From assembly GCF_009834535.1 (NCBI RefSeq), contig NC_045707.1:49354001-49418000 (forward strand): a DNA stretch of 64,000 nucleotides, in the 5' to 3' direction. The number at the start of each line of letters is the position of its first letter. Positions within the stretch are counted from its first letter, which is position 1. Source of the stretch: Camelus ferus. Lineage: Eukaryota. Both the position numbers and the translations under genes were made by a program. Below are positions 52,509 through 64,000 of this stretch, piece after piece. The notes beneath the pieces were generated by a model. It made no database searches, was not told the DNA's origin, and saw only the letters and a program-made list of their open reading frames with translations.

Positions 52509-54107
52509 GACAACAGTGTATTTATTCAGCCAGAAAAGAAATAGGTTCAAATAGCAACATAGAAAAAAGATACCTTCTGACTGGCCTAAAAAAATATTCA
52601 AGAAAGAGACAGGATGAGAAGAGTAGCTTGAATGACCCCTATTACTTTTGCTTGAGAAAACAAATTCCTGACCCGAACAGAAGACCCTGTAATATTTTGA
52701 AATAAGCATGAATGGGTAAGATGAAGATGAAATGAATGAGTACATGAATGAATGAACTATTCCTCCAGTCTGAGATGCTATTCATGCCTATAGATGGCAT
52801 TAAAAGCACTCTTCTGGTCTCAGATGCTATTCATGAATAGTTTTTGGATCTCATGGTACTACTGTGATAGTAAATAAATAATACAAAGGGTATCTGTTGA
52901 TCAAGTCAACAGGATGGTATAGAAGTTGCAGTTTCTCTTGTCTCCCCTTCTTTTGCTAGTGGTACATTTCAAGTTCACTAGTCGAAACAGGTTTCACATA
53001 GTAAGGAATGTGCTATATTACAGAAGCCCAGAACTGTGGGTTTGCTCATTTTCATTCCCCTTGAATCTGAGGAACAGAAATTGGGGAAATGTTAATGTGT
53101 GAGCATCCTCATTATTATCATAATGAAGTTTCACTTAAGCTGTGTCACCTGGAACCTGGGGCTGGATTCCAGATTTATGATTTCTTATTTGCCACAGTTA
53201 CATAACCCAGTTGCATAACATTTATAAAACACCATGTAGAAAGCTACTTCTGAGCTTTTCCTTCCCTCTTCATCACACCATTGGGCTGGCTAGACAGAAG
53301 CTTCAGTGAAAGCCCACAGTCTACAGCCTATCACATCTTTACCTTACAGTGGCTGTGCCCATCCTGATAAGGTTCCAGCACTTTTATCCACTGCAAAGTA
53401 TTTCCACCCACTTTTTATAGGCTGTTTGTCCCAGGTATGCTTCTGAGCCAGAAAGACCTCTCCTTCCTCACATTCTCCTATAGGTCTTTTCCATCTACAT
53501 GGAATTTAAATAGCCATCTCTTTAGATGACTTGCTGTCTAACATCTAAATTTCATATTTCATGTTTTCTAAATTTTTTGAATATACTGAACAATGCCTTA
53601 ATATGGTATTTTGCTTTGCTTGTTTTCTGTTATTTGATATCCTTTAGATTATAAACTTTTTGATGGCAAGGTCAAGGTCTGTTGAATTTATTATTGAAAT
53701 AGGGCAATACAGCACCATATTAAAATAAGTATTTAATAATAATAATAATTTAGGAATGTTCATGTTTATCTGCCCTTTTGCCCTTTCTAATTTAAAAAAA
53801 AAAACTACATCAGTATATTGAGGCCTTCCTCACACTGTTTTACAGTCCTCTTTCTCTTCAATATTTAAATGTCTTCAATTAATTGCAGGTTGTAAACTCT
53901 TAGTCTCCTTCTAAAGAGAGCGTTTTTTCTGCATAAGATACAGTACAGCTCTGTTAAACTGTTTTTGCTTTGTCTTTTTATATAAAATGAATGTAGCAAT
54001 ATAAGAAGAAGCAAAACTCAATAGAGGACCAAGAAAAGATACTTATCAGTCATACTTAATGCTAAAAGGAAGGGACAAGAAAATTGGATAAACAAGTTAA
54101 TGTTTAC

Positions 54108-54166
54108 CTGCAGGCCCAAACAACATGCTACGTCATACTGGCTGTTGGGAAACATCACGCCTTTGA
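54108..54166 (-). other. Candidate exon (59 nt) of an unrecognised minus-strand transcript
   Basis: Minus strand: ttgctatttttttag | TCAAAGGC...CTGCAG | gtaaac. Apparently unique DNA, CpGs retained, one open frame (KGVMFPNSQYDVACCLGLQ). Confidence 0.3.
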
Positions 54167-55154
54167 CTAAAAAAATAGCAATATGGGGAATCCATTTTAC
54201 ACTTTGTGTTGTTATTAAGTCCACTGATGCTTCTCATTCCTGCGACTCAGTCACTGAGCCCACTGGCCTGCACTAGAGAGACAGGTGGCTTTGGACAGCG
54301 CCCTGGGCATACCTGTTTGTATTCTAATGGCTGGCATCAGATAGCATGGTGGACTGTGGCAAGCAAACAGAATTGTTTTCCTCCAATTCTGTTTTCAGCA
54401 AAGAATTATTTTTAATTCCCCTGTCCTGTGTGTTGCCAAAATTCTTAAAATACTGTTCATGGAGACTTTTTTGTTACCCGCCTTGGAGCCCAGATGTAGG
54501 AATCCAGCCAGTGCAGCTGGTGTAACTTGGCTGACTCTCACAGATAATTCAGTGTTTGAACAGTCTTCCTTTTTTTTTTTTTAAAATGCTGTTATTATTT
54601 TGGAACATTTTGGAGTAAACGCTTATGGACATAAAGTATAAAGGTTGAAGGACTAGCAGCAATATAGGGTAAAGGTCCCACTTCTTTTTCCTATAGAGAC
54701 TTCATCAAGCTAGGCAAATACACACACAAAATTACAGCTTTTTCTTCAAACCCTATACAAAAATCAAACATGCCCCAGAGCTTCAGATACAGACTTGTCA
54801 GGGAGGCCAAAGAAGAGGGAAGATACTCCTTTTGCTTTATCTTTTTTTTACAAGAAAATTCATGCTATGAATATAAACAAATCATATCCAACACTGACAT
54901 GTAAAAAGCAAAAGAATTTTAGGAGTGAAAAATACTCATTCAGAAATTCCAACACAAATCCCACCGATGCTTAGGGCAGTAAAAGTGATTTTACTCTAGA
55001 CTTTACTTCTGCTAAATTCTGGCAACACATTGACTACTTACAAAGCAATTGCATTTTATAGCTGACACTGTATTATAGTGATACGGCATGAACATAATAT
55101 TAATCTCTCTGACCTACATTCCAATTTGCATTCTTCCATGAAATATTATGAAAT

Positions 55155-55410
55155 AATAATAGCAACTGTTGGTTGAAGGCTTGCTGAATTGTGCTATGTG
55201 TGCTACATGGATTGACTCATTTAATTTTCTCAATAAATGAATGAGAAAGGTGAAATTACCATACCGATTTTACCAATAAGGACTCTGCAACCCAAAGAGT
55301 TTAAGTGATTTACCCAAAAACTCACAGCCAGAGTTTACTCACAGTGGCAGAGCTGGGGTTTGATCCTAAGCCATTTACTTCCAGAGCCTGTGTGAGAAAC
55401 ACTACATTCT
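55155..55410 (-). mobile_element. MIR SINE
   Basis: tcatttaattttctc..gtggcagagctggggtttgatcc. Confidence 0.7.
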
Positions 55411-58400
55411 GTCACCTTTCCAAGGGAGGGATGGAATGAATCACTGCTAAGATGTAGGGTCTGCACACAACTATTGTTGTGCACAGCCCACAGGAGAATG
55501 TTTTGCTTTTAGACATTATCTAGTAAGTATGTTACAATGGAAAGAGCTTAAGAACTGATTACTCAGCTATGCTGTGAATTCCTTCCCTCCTGAAGGAAAA
55601 TTGCGTATTTGCTTTGCTGTTTCTCTGCAGACTAGCTAATCTGATAAACAAATAAAAGAAAGTGGTATTAATGACTCATAATTACTTGATGTGTATCCCT
55701 TCCCTAATCCATGTACGTTTCACCAGAAATCATCAGTGCCTTAATCTCAGGGGCTGAGTAATACAAGAAACTCCCCTATCAGGATGAACTGCAGAGCTAA
55801 ATCTCAGTTGGGAGATACTTCACCACCCTTCAAACACTTATTTCTCTATGTTACCATCTACTCCATTTCTGCAAATCATTAGCTAACTTTTGAGACAAAT
55901 CATTAAAATTGCCTTGCAATTGCTGACTTTAGAATTTCCCAACTTTTTCATTTTTATTTCTTTATTTAGTAACTCAATTGCAGTACTAAACATAAAACAA
56001 GCTAGAGTATCCTCCCTCCCTCATTTTTAGAGTGATGCAACACTTCCTTCTAACACCCCCTAAATTCTAATAACATGCTACTTGCATGTATGGATCTGTT
56101 TTCAAAACTTAAAAAGCTATAAGCTCCATATAGAAAGAAAAAAAGGCAGCATTTTAATAGCAATACGTGTTTATACTACCTAGAAAGTTTAACCCTGCAC
56201 CAAACTTTCCAGGCCATGTGGAAGTTAAAAAAAAAAAAAAAAGGCCTATGAGATAATATTGCCAATGTGAAATAGCTTTCATTATTGGAAAATATAATGG
56301 TGTACTCTATCCTGAGGGTCTTAAAGGTATTTAAAAATAGCAACAGATCTCACCCCTAACTGAATTAGGTGTGATTCTATCAGAAGGCAAGCTGTCTTTG
56401 AACCTTATGAATGTAACTTGTACAAACATAATATAAAAACAAAGGAAGGAGTAGGGAAAAATCATAAATTTTAGGCATGAAAAAAATGTAGAGCTATATT
56501 CCAATATGTAACCTCCTCCAATATGGACTATTTTGAACATGCTGTTATTGCAAAAGCCATTAATTTTGTAGTATGTCCTGGAATTTAAGTGTCAGATAAT
56601 AAACACTCAAGTTGGAACTGGAAATAATGATACAACATCATGAAATCATCATGATATGACACTAAAACATTAGTGGACACATCATGAAATAATCATAATT
56701 TGCAACTGAATCCTTCATTTTGCAAAGGACTTGGCAAAACATGACTCAATAGCAACACTGTTTTTCAGGGAGACCTTGGGAAAATAATTGAAGTAAGCAA
56801 TAGAGAAAGGGTTACAACATTCATTTAAATGCATGCAGAATGTCTTAGGATCATAACTAGAATCTCACATCTTTCTGGCTTTTAGTAAGTAATTTTGTAC
56901 TCATCTAATATAAAACATAAGTGGAAAAATTTCATCCATGTTCATAAAAAGCAAGTATCTTGAAGTACTTGAAGAAATCAAGCACTGCATATTAGTGCAG
57001 GCGTGTTTCAAAAATAACCACTAAACCAATCCCATTACTGGGAGGACTGCTGCACTCTATAATTATGTTTGACAGTTTTTTTAGATCTTTCCTCCTCTAA
57101 ATTATCTGAATTTGAGTGAAAGCCAGAGGGCTATCTTGAAATTTGATGCAAAAAAAAATGAATGTGCTTTTCTGAGGTATCAAACCTGATGTATCATAAA
57201 TATAGGATTCCGGTAGGCATAAAAAATAATGTTCAAAGAAAGACTGCTTGAAGCGTATGTCCTTAAACATATATGCTATCATATGTGAATAATGTTTAAT
57301 GAGTAAGTAACCATTAGTAAATAAGAAAAAGCCTCCCCATTGACACCAGTGTTCTCAACTTAAGGTTATTTATTTAACCAATGTCTAGTATCTCCAGCAA
57401 ATTTTCATTCAGCATACCTTTAGGAAATTGTATGTGGCGGGTTCTATGCAAGGTACTGGGAACACAAAGAGTAAAAGATAGAGTCTCTTGTCCTTGAGAT
57501 GGCCCATCTATTAGAGGCCCCAGTTCACAACTTACTAAAATACACTATCATATTGTTCATCTATGTTTAAAAAATTTGGTAAAATAATAAATCATAATTG
57601 CTTAAAGTTCTCCAGGTTATGTTCACATATGTTCTTCTTGCATTCAATGATCCTCTAATGAGTTAAATTTTAGTAAACTTCAGTTTAAGAACACCATTAC
57701 CTATTTATCAACTGATATTTGATAAACTTTTCTGCTTCACATATGTCCTTGGTTCTTAGAAACTATCTCTGTCATAGAAATAAAAAATTTAAATACTTTA
57801 AAATACCATTCCCATTACCATGTATTCCTTACCCATAGGCAAAGACAATAAGGAATAGAGGTATTAGCATAATGTATAGGAAGCAGAGAGTAATGAGAAA
57901 AGAATATGTAAGAATGTCACAAAGTAGTAAACATGCAATTCATATCCTAGACTACATACCTATGCTGGGAATCCAATAGAGACATTCACAATATTCAGCA
58001 ATAGCACATTTATGTATGAAATTTGCGTATTACAAATGAAAAAATACATTCCAGAGTCTATATTTCAGATCAGATTGTAATTTTTCTGTCTAGATATGTC
58101 ATTAAAGATTACAAATTTGGTTTTTAACCATACTTGCCCTTTATTCATGTCTTGAGCTTATTATGCTAGCCACAACATTGCAAAGACTTCTGAATCCTAT
58201 ACTACAAGTGTTTTGAATATGTTAGGGTAGATTTGTTTTCTACAGTTTAATTTTCCTCAATTCTGTTTTTTTCCCCTATATATTTTGTTAAATTTAGTTT
58301 TAATTTTTATCTTAAAAAATCATTATATATATACATGTTAAAAAAAAAAAAACAAAGATGGGAGACCAAGTAAGTTCCTCATATTTTTTTATGTCTTGGG

Positions 58401-58954
58401 ATAAGTAAGGGAAGAAATACATCCTTATGAGTTCATGGTGGTAACAGTTATCATTTATCAAGCACTTACTCCACAATGCTGCCTTTCCATGTATGAAGTT
58501 TCCTTCCTGAGAAGGTAGCAGAACAAATGTTAATTTGGATCTCTCTCTGAGTCTTTCTCACTCTATTCCTTGAAAGGTGAAGTCACTCTTGAGACTGTAA
58601 ATTTGGGAGTAATAACTGACATAGCCAACTCCACCCTCTTTCTCTAGGACCTGTGCTTCAGGCAGAGAGCACATGATCACCCTGCTGAGAGCATGTGGCT
58701 GCAGCGAGTGCTGTTAAGGCTGGATGTATAAATCTGCCTCTTTCTGGAGTCTGGTTAGAGAGTTTATTTAGCTTTCACATATGCCTTCCAGCCTGGCCTC
58801 TTTAATAAACATAGGTGCTATTTTCACCTCTATCTTTAACTCTTTTTCATTTACTTGATTTTCTCAGCCAGGACATCAAATGTGAGGTGACTTGAGTCTA
58901 CTTCTAAACAATACCCCTCTTCCCTGGCTGGGTTCAAAGCAAGTTGAGAACCCC

Positions 58955-59160
58955 ATGCCAGACACTGAGCCAAGTGTGTTATAGACATGATCCCTATTTA
59001 TTCCTCACGACAGCACTATAAAGGAATGATTGTTCCCATTTTTGAGAGGAGGAAACTAAAGTTTAGACAAGTTAACACATTTTCTTAAGGCTGCAGTGAC
59101 AGAGTTGGGCTTTAAACCCAGATCCAACTCTGAGGCTATAAATCTCAACCACTATGCTAT
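58955..59160 (-). mobile_element. MIR SINE
   Basis: atgccagacactgag..cccatttttgagaggaggaaactaa..cagagttgggctttaaaccca. Confidence 0.75.
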
Positions 59161-59669
59161 ATGACTATACTGAAATTCTGACTAGAATAAATAAATGTAA
59201 TAAATAAGTATATTTATTATATTATATATTATAATACATCACATATTATTATAATATATAAAATATAATATTATAATAGAATAACTAATAAAATTAGCTG
59301 AAGCTATAGGCAGAACCAAGGAATGAATGAATGCATGCCTGTCCATCCTGAGTATCACAAAAGAATAGCTGACATTATTAAAAAGGGTGCCATCACAAGG
59401 AAGCAGGACTTTCAAGAAGGACTGACAACCACTTTGATTATAATAATTAACAATTTGTCCTGCCTTTGGGTCAAAAGTCAGAATTTTGGCTGCTTTCCCC
59501 AGATTTAAAAACCAGCAAGTTCAAAATTATTTATAGCCTAATGACCACAGAATAGCTTTGTGTTACTATTTTATACTTAAAGCATTGTCCATTCACTTCA
59601 CCAATGCTGTACTTCAAAGATTTCTGTTACTATTATTGAGCACTTAGCATATGCCAGAATTGTGCATGA

Positions 59670-59880
59670 AAGAGCAGCACAAAGCAAGCAGGCTTAGAAC
59701 TGGATAATTTTATTAACTGCAGAGGGCTGTGGGAATTGGGGCTGTCCTTGGTTGTCTGGTACCTGGTCCTGGGGCAATTTGGGTGCACGTACTGTGGCTC
59801 AATGAGGGAGGTGGTTGGGAATGTGGGTTTACTCAGTTGCTTGAGGAGGGGGAACTTACTGTCCTCTAGCCAGGCCCTCA
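59670..59880 (-). mobile_element. ERVL LTR fragment (MER54/MER74-like)
   Basis: Reverse complement contains ccccaggaccaggtaccagacaaccaaggacagcccc. Confidence 0.6.
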
Positions 59881-60849
59881 AAACTGCATTAAGGAAGTAT
59901 TTTTAAAAAGCTATATTACAGCATGATTTGGGGTGAGTAAGCTCTTAGGGATGATAATTTCCTAGAAAGTCTCACTAAAGCTGAGCTTTGAAGAAATTCT
60001 AGTGTACATTTTCGTTTTATGAGATGGGCTTGACAATACCGATCATCTACTATGAGACACAATGATGATGTAGAAATTAGAGTTAATATTAATCCTTTTA
60101 ATGATAAAGGACAGATATAAGACATCAATATTATTGCTAAAATAAAATATTTATTATTTTCCCTTGAAAGACTTTTGCAATTTTTCTACAAAGTTAGTTG
60201 ATGGGATCAGCCGTAATGCTGGACAATAATGACTGATACAGGACAACTAAATTGTACCGGGAAGTACTCAGATTCTTCACTGTTTATTTACCTAGGCAAA
60301 GAACATTGCAACAATGCCAATTTGAAACCCAAATTAAAATAAAAGGTTCTTTGTTATTACAGGGAGAATGACCAACTAGTAACAAAGCTGTCAGAAGTTA
60401 ACAGCATCACCATCTCTTCCTGCCCCAAATACAGCAAAACCCTAAATCCTTATCCTACTTATTCTATATCCACTGAAAACACTATTTTCCTCCAACATGT
60501 TTAATTCTCTCTCTGCCTATTATTCTGTCTCTCTCTTTCTAGTCCTCCCCTGCTCATTTTACTTCTATTCTCACATAATTACTGTTTCATTCTCTATAAA
60601 GCCTGTCAAATTAAAACCCTTATATTGGTTTTATTCATCAATCTGTCTAGATATGCTATCTTACAAGCCTCCTACCAATCCCCTGCCTTATTTTGTCTTC
60701 CCTAAAAACCATGTCATATGTGACCATGATAAATGTGTTGACTAACAGACTGCCACCTGCATTAACTTTCTAAAGCACAAATCTAATCATAATACTCCCC
60801 AACTTTGAAGCCTTGGACGGCTTTCAGTCTTCTGTTTGAGAGGTTTCTA

Positions 60850-61523
60850 AAGAGTGCTATTAGCTGGCATTCAGAAAGAAATTATTGGAATGCCTTTTTG
60901 TCTAAAAACATTTAGAAATATTAAATATTACTAATATAAAATTCCATTATTCACAATATCCCAACAGGATCCTGAGAGACCATGTGATAAGAGTTTAGAA
61001 GACACCTTCATACCTTCATTTACTTCAGTACTTTGCAGAGTATATGGGTATATGTAGCATGCAGTCATTTATTTTTCAAGGACCAATAGCAGGCTCTTTA
61101 AAACACTTTGTAATGAGATTAAAGGGGCTATGCAAATTATACATACAATACAAAGGTTTGTTGGCTATTTCAAGCTGGAGCTTTTGAAAGAGGAAAAGTA
61201 TAGAATTTAAGGAAGATACATTCAGTTTTCTTTTATAAAGAAGACTAGAGAAAGACAAATATCATATGATACCACTTACATGCAGAATCTAAAAAAAATG
61301 ATACAAATAAACTTATTTACAAACCAGAAACAGACTCACAGATATAGAAAATAAATTTATGGTTACCAAAGGGAAAAAGGGGGGAGGGATAAATTAGGGG
61401 TTTGAGATTAACATATACACACTACTACATAAAACAGATAAACAAGGACCTACTGTATAGCTCAGGGAACTATATTTAATATCTTATAATAACCTGTATT
61501 GGAAATGAATCTGAAAGAATATG

Positions 61524-61566
<43 letters not shown>

Positions 61567-62360
61567 TCAGTTATATATATATAACTGAATCACTTTGCTG
61601 TACACCTGAAACTAACACAATATTGTGAATCAACTATACTTAATAAAATAAAATAAAATAAAATAAAATAAAATAAAAAGAGGACAGTTTTCCAAATATA
61701 GTAGTTCTTTCTGTGATAGTGGCTGGTTTTCAGAAGCATGTTGCCCAGCAGATGTTAAAGGACTACATATACTTAACCTATCCCCTCAAGGTAAAGATTA
61801 TGAATTAACAATGAGTGAGAAAGTAACTGCTGTTCAAAATAACTCATGCTATGCTAAGGGCATTTTGAAAATGGATATTTGAAAATATACTTGTCCATAT
61901 GTGATTTTTATTGCTAAAAAAACCTGTCCTATTTGCAAAATTTAAAAACTAGAAAAAGGATATTCTAATCTCTTAAAATACATGAAAAATTCAAATTGTA
62001 TTAGGCTTAAAAATACTTGTTAATAGTATAAGAATAAAATACCTTCTGATAAACTGGGAGAAATAAACGGTTAGTATTAAGAAAGCTGGAAATTTACTAC
62101 CCAATTCAACAAAAATCTCTATAAATTTGATAAATAGGATTTAAATCTGAATATCCTGATTGAATAAGCCTAGAAAATGGTACTTTTTTCCATTCGTATC
62201 TACATTATTTTGAGGTGTTATTTTCAGCTTCAGCAGTGGTTAAAGCCAAACAAAAGCAAATTTAACAGAAAATTAGACTTTTGGGTTGTATTACATACAG
62301 TCAAGTCAAGATTTTATAAGCAATGAAGAATATTTACTCATATTGTTCTCACATTAAATA
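60850..62360 (+). mobile_element. Decayed hAT-Charlie transposase coding fossil, interrupted by L1
   Basis: Piecewise translation gives hAT motifs: SRLFKTLCNE (~61085), LNLSPQGK (~61772), KSEYPD (~62143), FPFVST (~62187). Many stops and frameshifts. Confidence 0.7.
61247..61676 (+). mobile_element. 5'-truncated L1 3' end with internal (TG)n and (AAAAT)n tail
   Basis: agagaaagacaaatatcatatgatac..aaggacctactgtatagc..gaatcactttgctgtacacctgaaac. TSD-like aaagaagac / aaagaggac. Confidence 0.9.
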
Positions 62361-62549
62361 ATATAGTTTACTATATTAATATTATTAATGATGTAATAAA
62401 ATGTGAATATTTTGGGGAGAGAAAAATGGATCATATACAACTAATAAATACAATGAAATAATACATAAAGTTATTTAAAATATTTAATTAATCTTCATGT
62501 AGTAATATATAGTGCATATATAGTTTGCTGATGAGGTTCAGAATTTTAC

Positions 62550-62768
62550 AAGTTTGAGTCTCATTTGGGTTTCTCATTTAGAGCCCAAGTAAATCTTTGC
62601 TGTAGAGAGGGGCTTATCCTGTGCCTAGAAGGATGTTTAACACTATCCCTGGACTCTGTCTACTAGGTACTAGTAGCTCCCAACCATATAGTTACAATAC
62701 AGAATGTTTTCATATATTGTCAAATATCTTCTGGAAGGCAAATTCATCCCCCATTGAAAACCATCAGT
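62550..62768. mobile_element. MER20
   Basis: aggatgtttaacactatccctggactct..catatattgtcaaatatcttctgg..cattgaaaaccatc. Confidence 0.7.
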
Positions 62769-63259
62769 CTACATCACAAACCCAACATTAGAGTCTTACA
62801 CTATCTGAACACAGCCTATATTTCTGATCTTATCCTCTAAAATTTGTATTTCTAACATTATCTCCTGTAACTTTGCTCACTTGTCATTTCTACTCCTCCC
62901 CACCCCTCTGCAAACAACCCTTATCAAACAGCTATTTCAATCCTGACCTCCATTATTTATTTACCTCTGTTTTTGCTCATGGCTGGAATGATTTTCCACA
63001 ATTTCTTTATAATGCCTTACTCATTCTTCAAAATCTGTCTCAAATTATGCCTCCTTTCTAAGCTTTCTGACGCTTCCTTCAAATTCTCATGTTAGGACAA
63101 ACCTGCTCTTTAAGTACAAAATATACTTCTATTTTAGTTTATATTGCAAGCTCTCGTGTTTCTCCCCATTTGGTATTTTTCTCTCTTCTCAAACTCACAC
63201 CAGATCTCTTATAAAAATTGTGTACAGATTAAAATTATTGCTAATGTTACTGTTAGTGT

Positions 63260-63600
63260 TATTATTCATTAATGAGGTACAATGGACTACAATGCCGGCT
63301 TTGAGAAGAAAATGGAAGAACTGTATGTATTTACATGAGAAGATGTTCAAAATATATTGCTAATTGAAAAGTGTAACTTATGGAACACTGCATATATTAT
63401 CATACCTTTGAGGAAAAAATACATAAACATTATGTTTATATATGTATGAAAAAATTTATAGGAGGATATAGAAGTAACTATAACAGTGGTTACTTCAGGG
63501 AAGCAAGAAATGGGTGAAGAAATGGAGGATTTTTCTTTCTAGTGCTGTATCTTTATGTGCAGTTTGGATTTTTTATCACAAATAGGAAATACTTCTATAA
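63260..63600 (+). mobile_element. L1ME-type 3' end
   Basis: acaatggactac..catgagaagatgttcaaaatatattg..taacagtggttacttcaggg. Confidence 0.6.
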
Positions 63601-64000
63601 TTTGAAAAGTAATTAAAAAGTTACAAAATGTATTTTTATGGTTTCCCTGCATTTTCTTGTTAGAAATCTGTTTCCCTAAAGATTGTAAATTCCTGAAAGG
63701 AAGACATTGAGCCCTAGCCTATGCATGAAATGGTACCCATTTTTATGACTATGATCTTTTCACACTGCCCTTCTCTCAGGCTTGTCATCTTAACTGAGTT
63801 TTGTTGATTTGACAGAAGCTGTTTATAAATCATTATAGTTAGTAGTCAATAGTAGTACAGTTCCCTGGATAATATTTCTCCATAGATATACAGAAAGGTA
63901 AATTGAAATTTTCTATCACAGAGAAGCAACGATATTTCCTGGAAGCAAGGGTTAAAGTTTAGTATTTGAATTAAGAAGGTGAGTTTGTTTTCTGGTTTTA

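Noticed and set aside
59200..59285. AT-rich palindrome (15-bp arms, 59222-59236 / 59247-59261)
   Set aside because: Low-complexity TA sequence produces such symmetry by slippage.
63922..63984. Plus-strand exon-like segment ending AAG|gtgagt
   Set aside because: All three frames contain stops, there is no partner exon, and it is at the window edge. A non-coding exon cannot be excluded.

Overview
AT-rich, CpG-depleted mammalian intronic or intergenic DNA dominated by interspersed repeats. The species is most likely a camelid: there are two Vic-1-like tRNA-derived SINEs and young L1 3' ends, and I saw no Alu, B1, Bov-tA or PRE-1. I could not recognise an intact host protein-coding gene; the ORFs I could assign are L1 ORF2 or ERVL pol remnants. 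Repeats include young and old L1, L2, MIR, MaLR LTRs, an internally deleted ERVL provirus, three ERV1-type solo LTRs and hAT DNA-transposon fossils. Subfamily names come from recalled consensus sequences, and boundaries are approximate unless a target-site duplication (TSD) is quoted. The strongest unexplained structure is at 40.3-42.2 kb: a solo LTR (41336-42230, TSD GTTC) carries a 265-bp inverted copy of nearby upstream DNA (40903-41167 vs 41727-41991, 264/265 identical). It has a snap-back hairpin at one junction and lies just downstream of a second co-oriented solo LTR with a consensus splice donor. Together these could form an LTR-driven long-hairpin (dsRNA) cassette and an invertible LTR promoter segment, both untested. 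Several minus-strand exon-like segments may belong to an unrecognised gene or lncRNA (low confidence).
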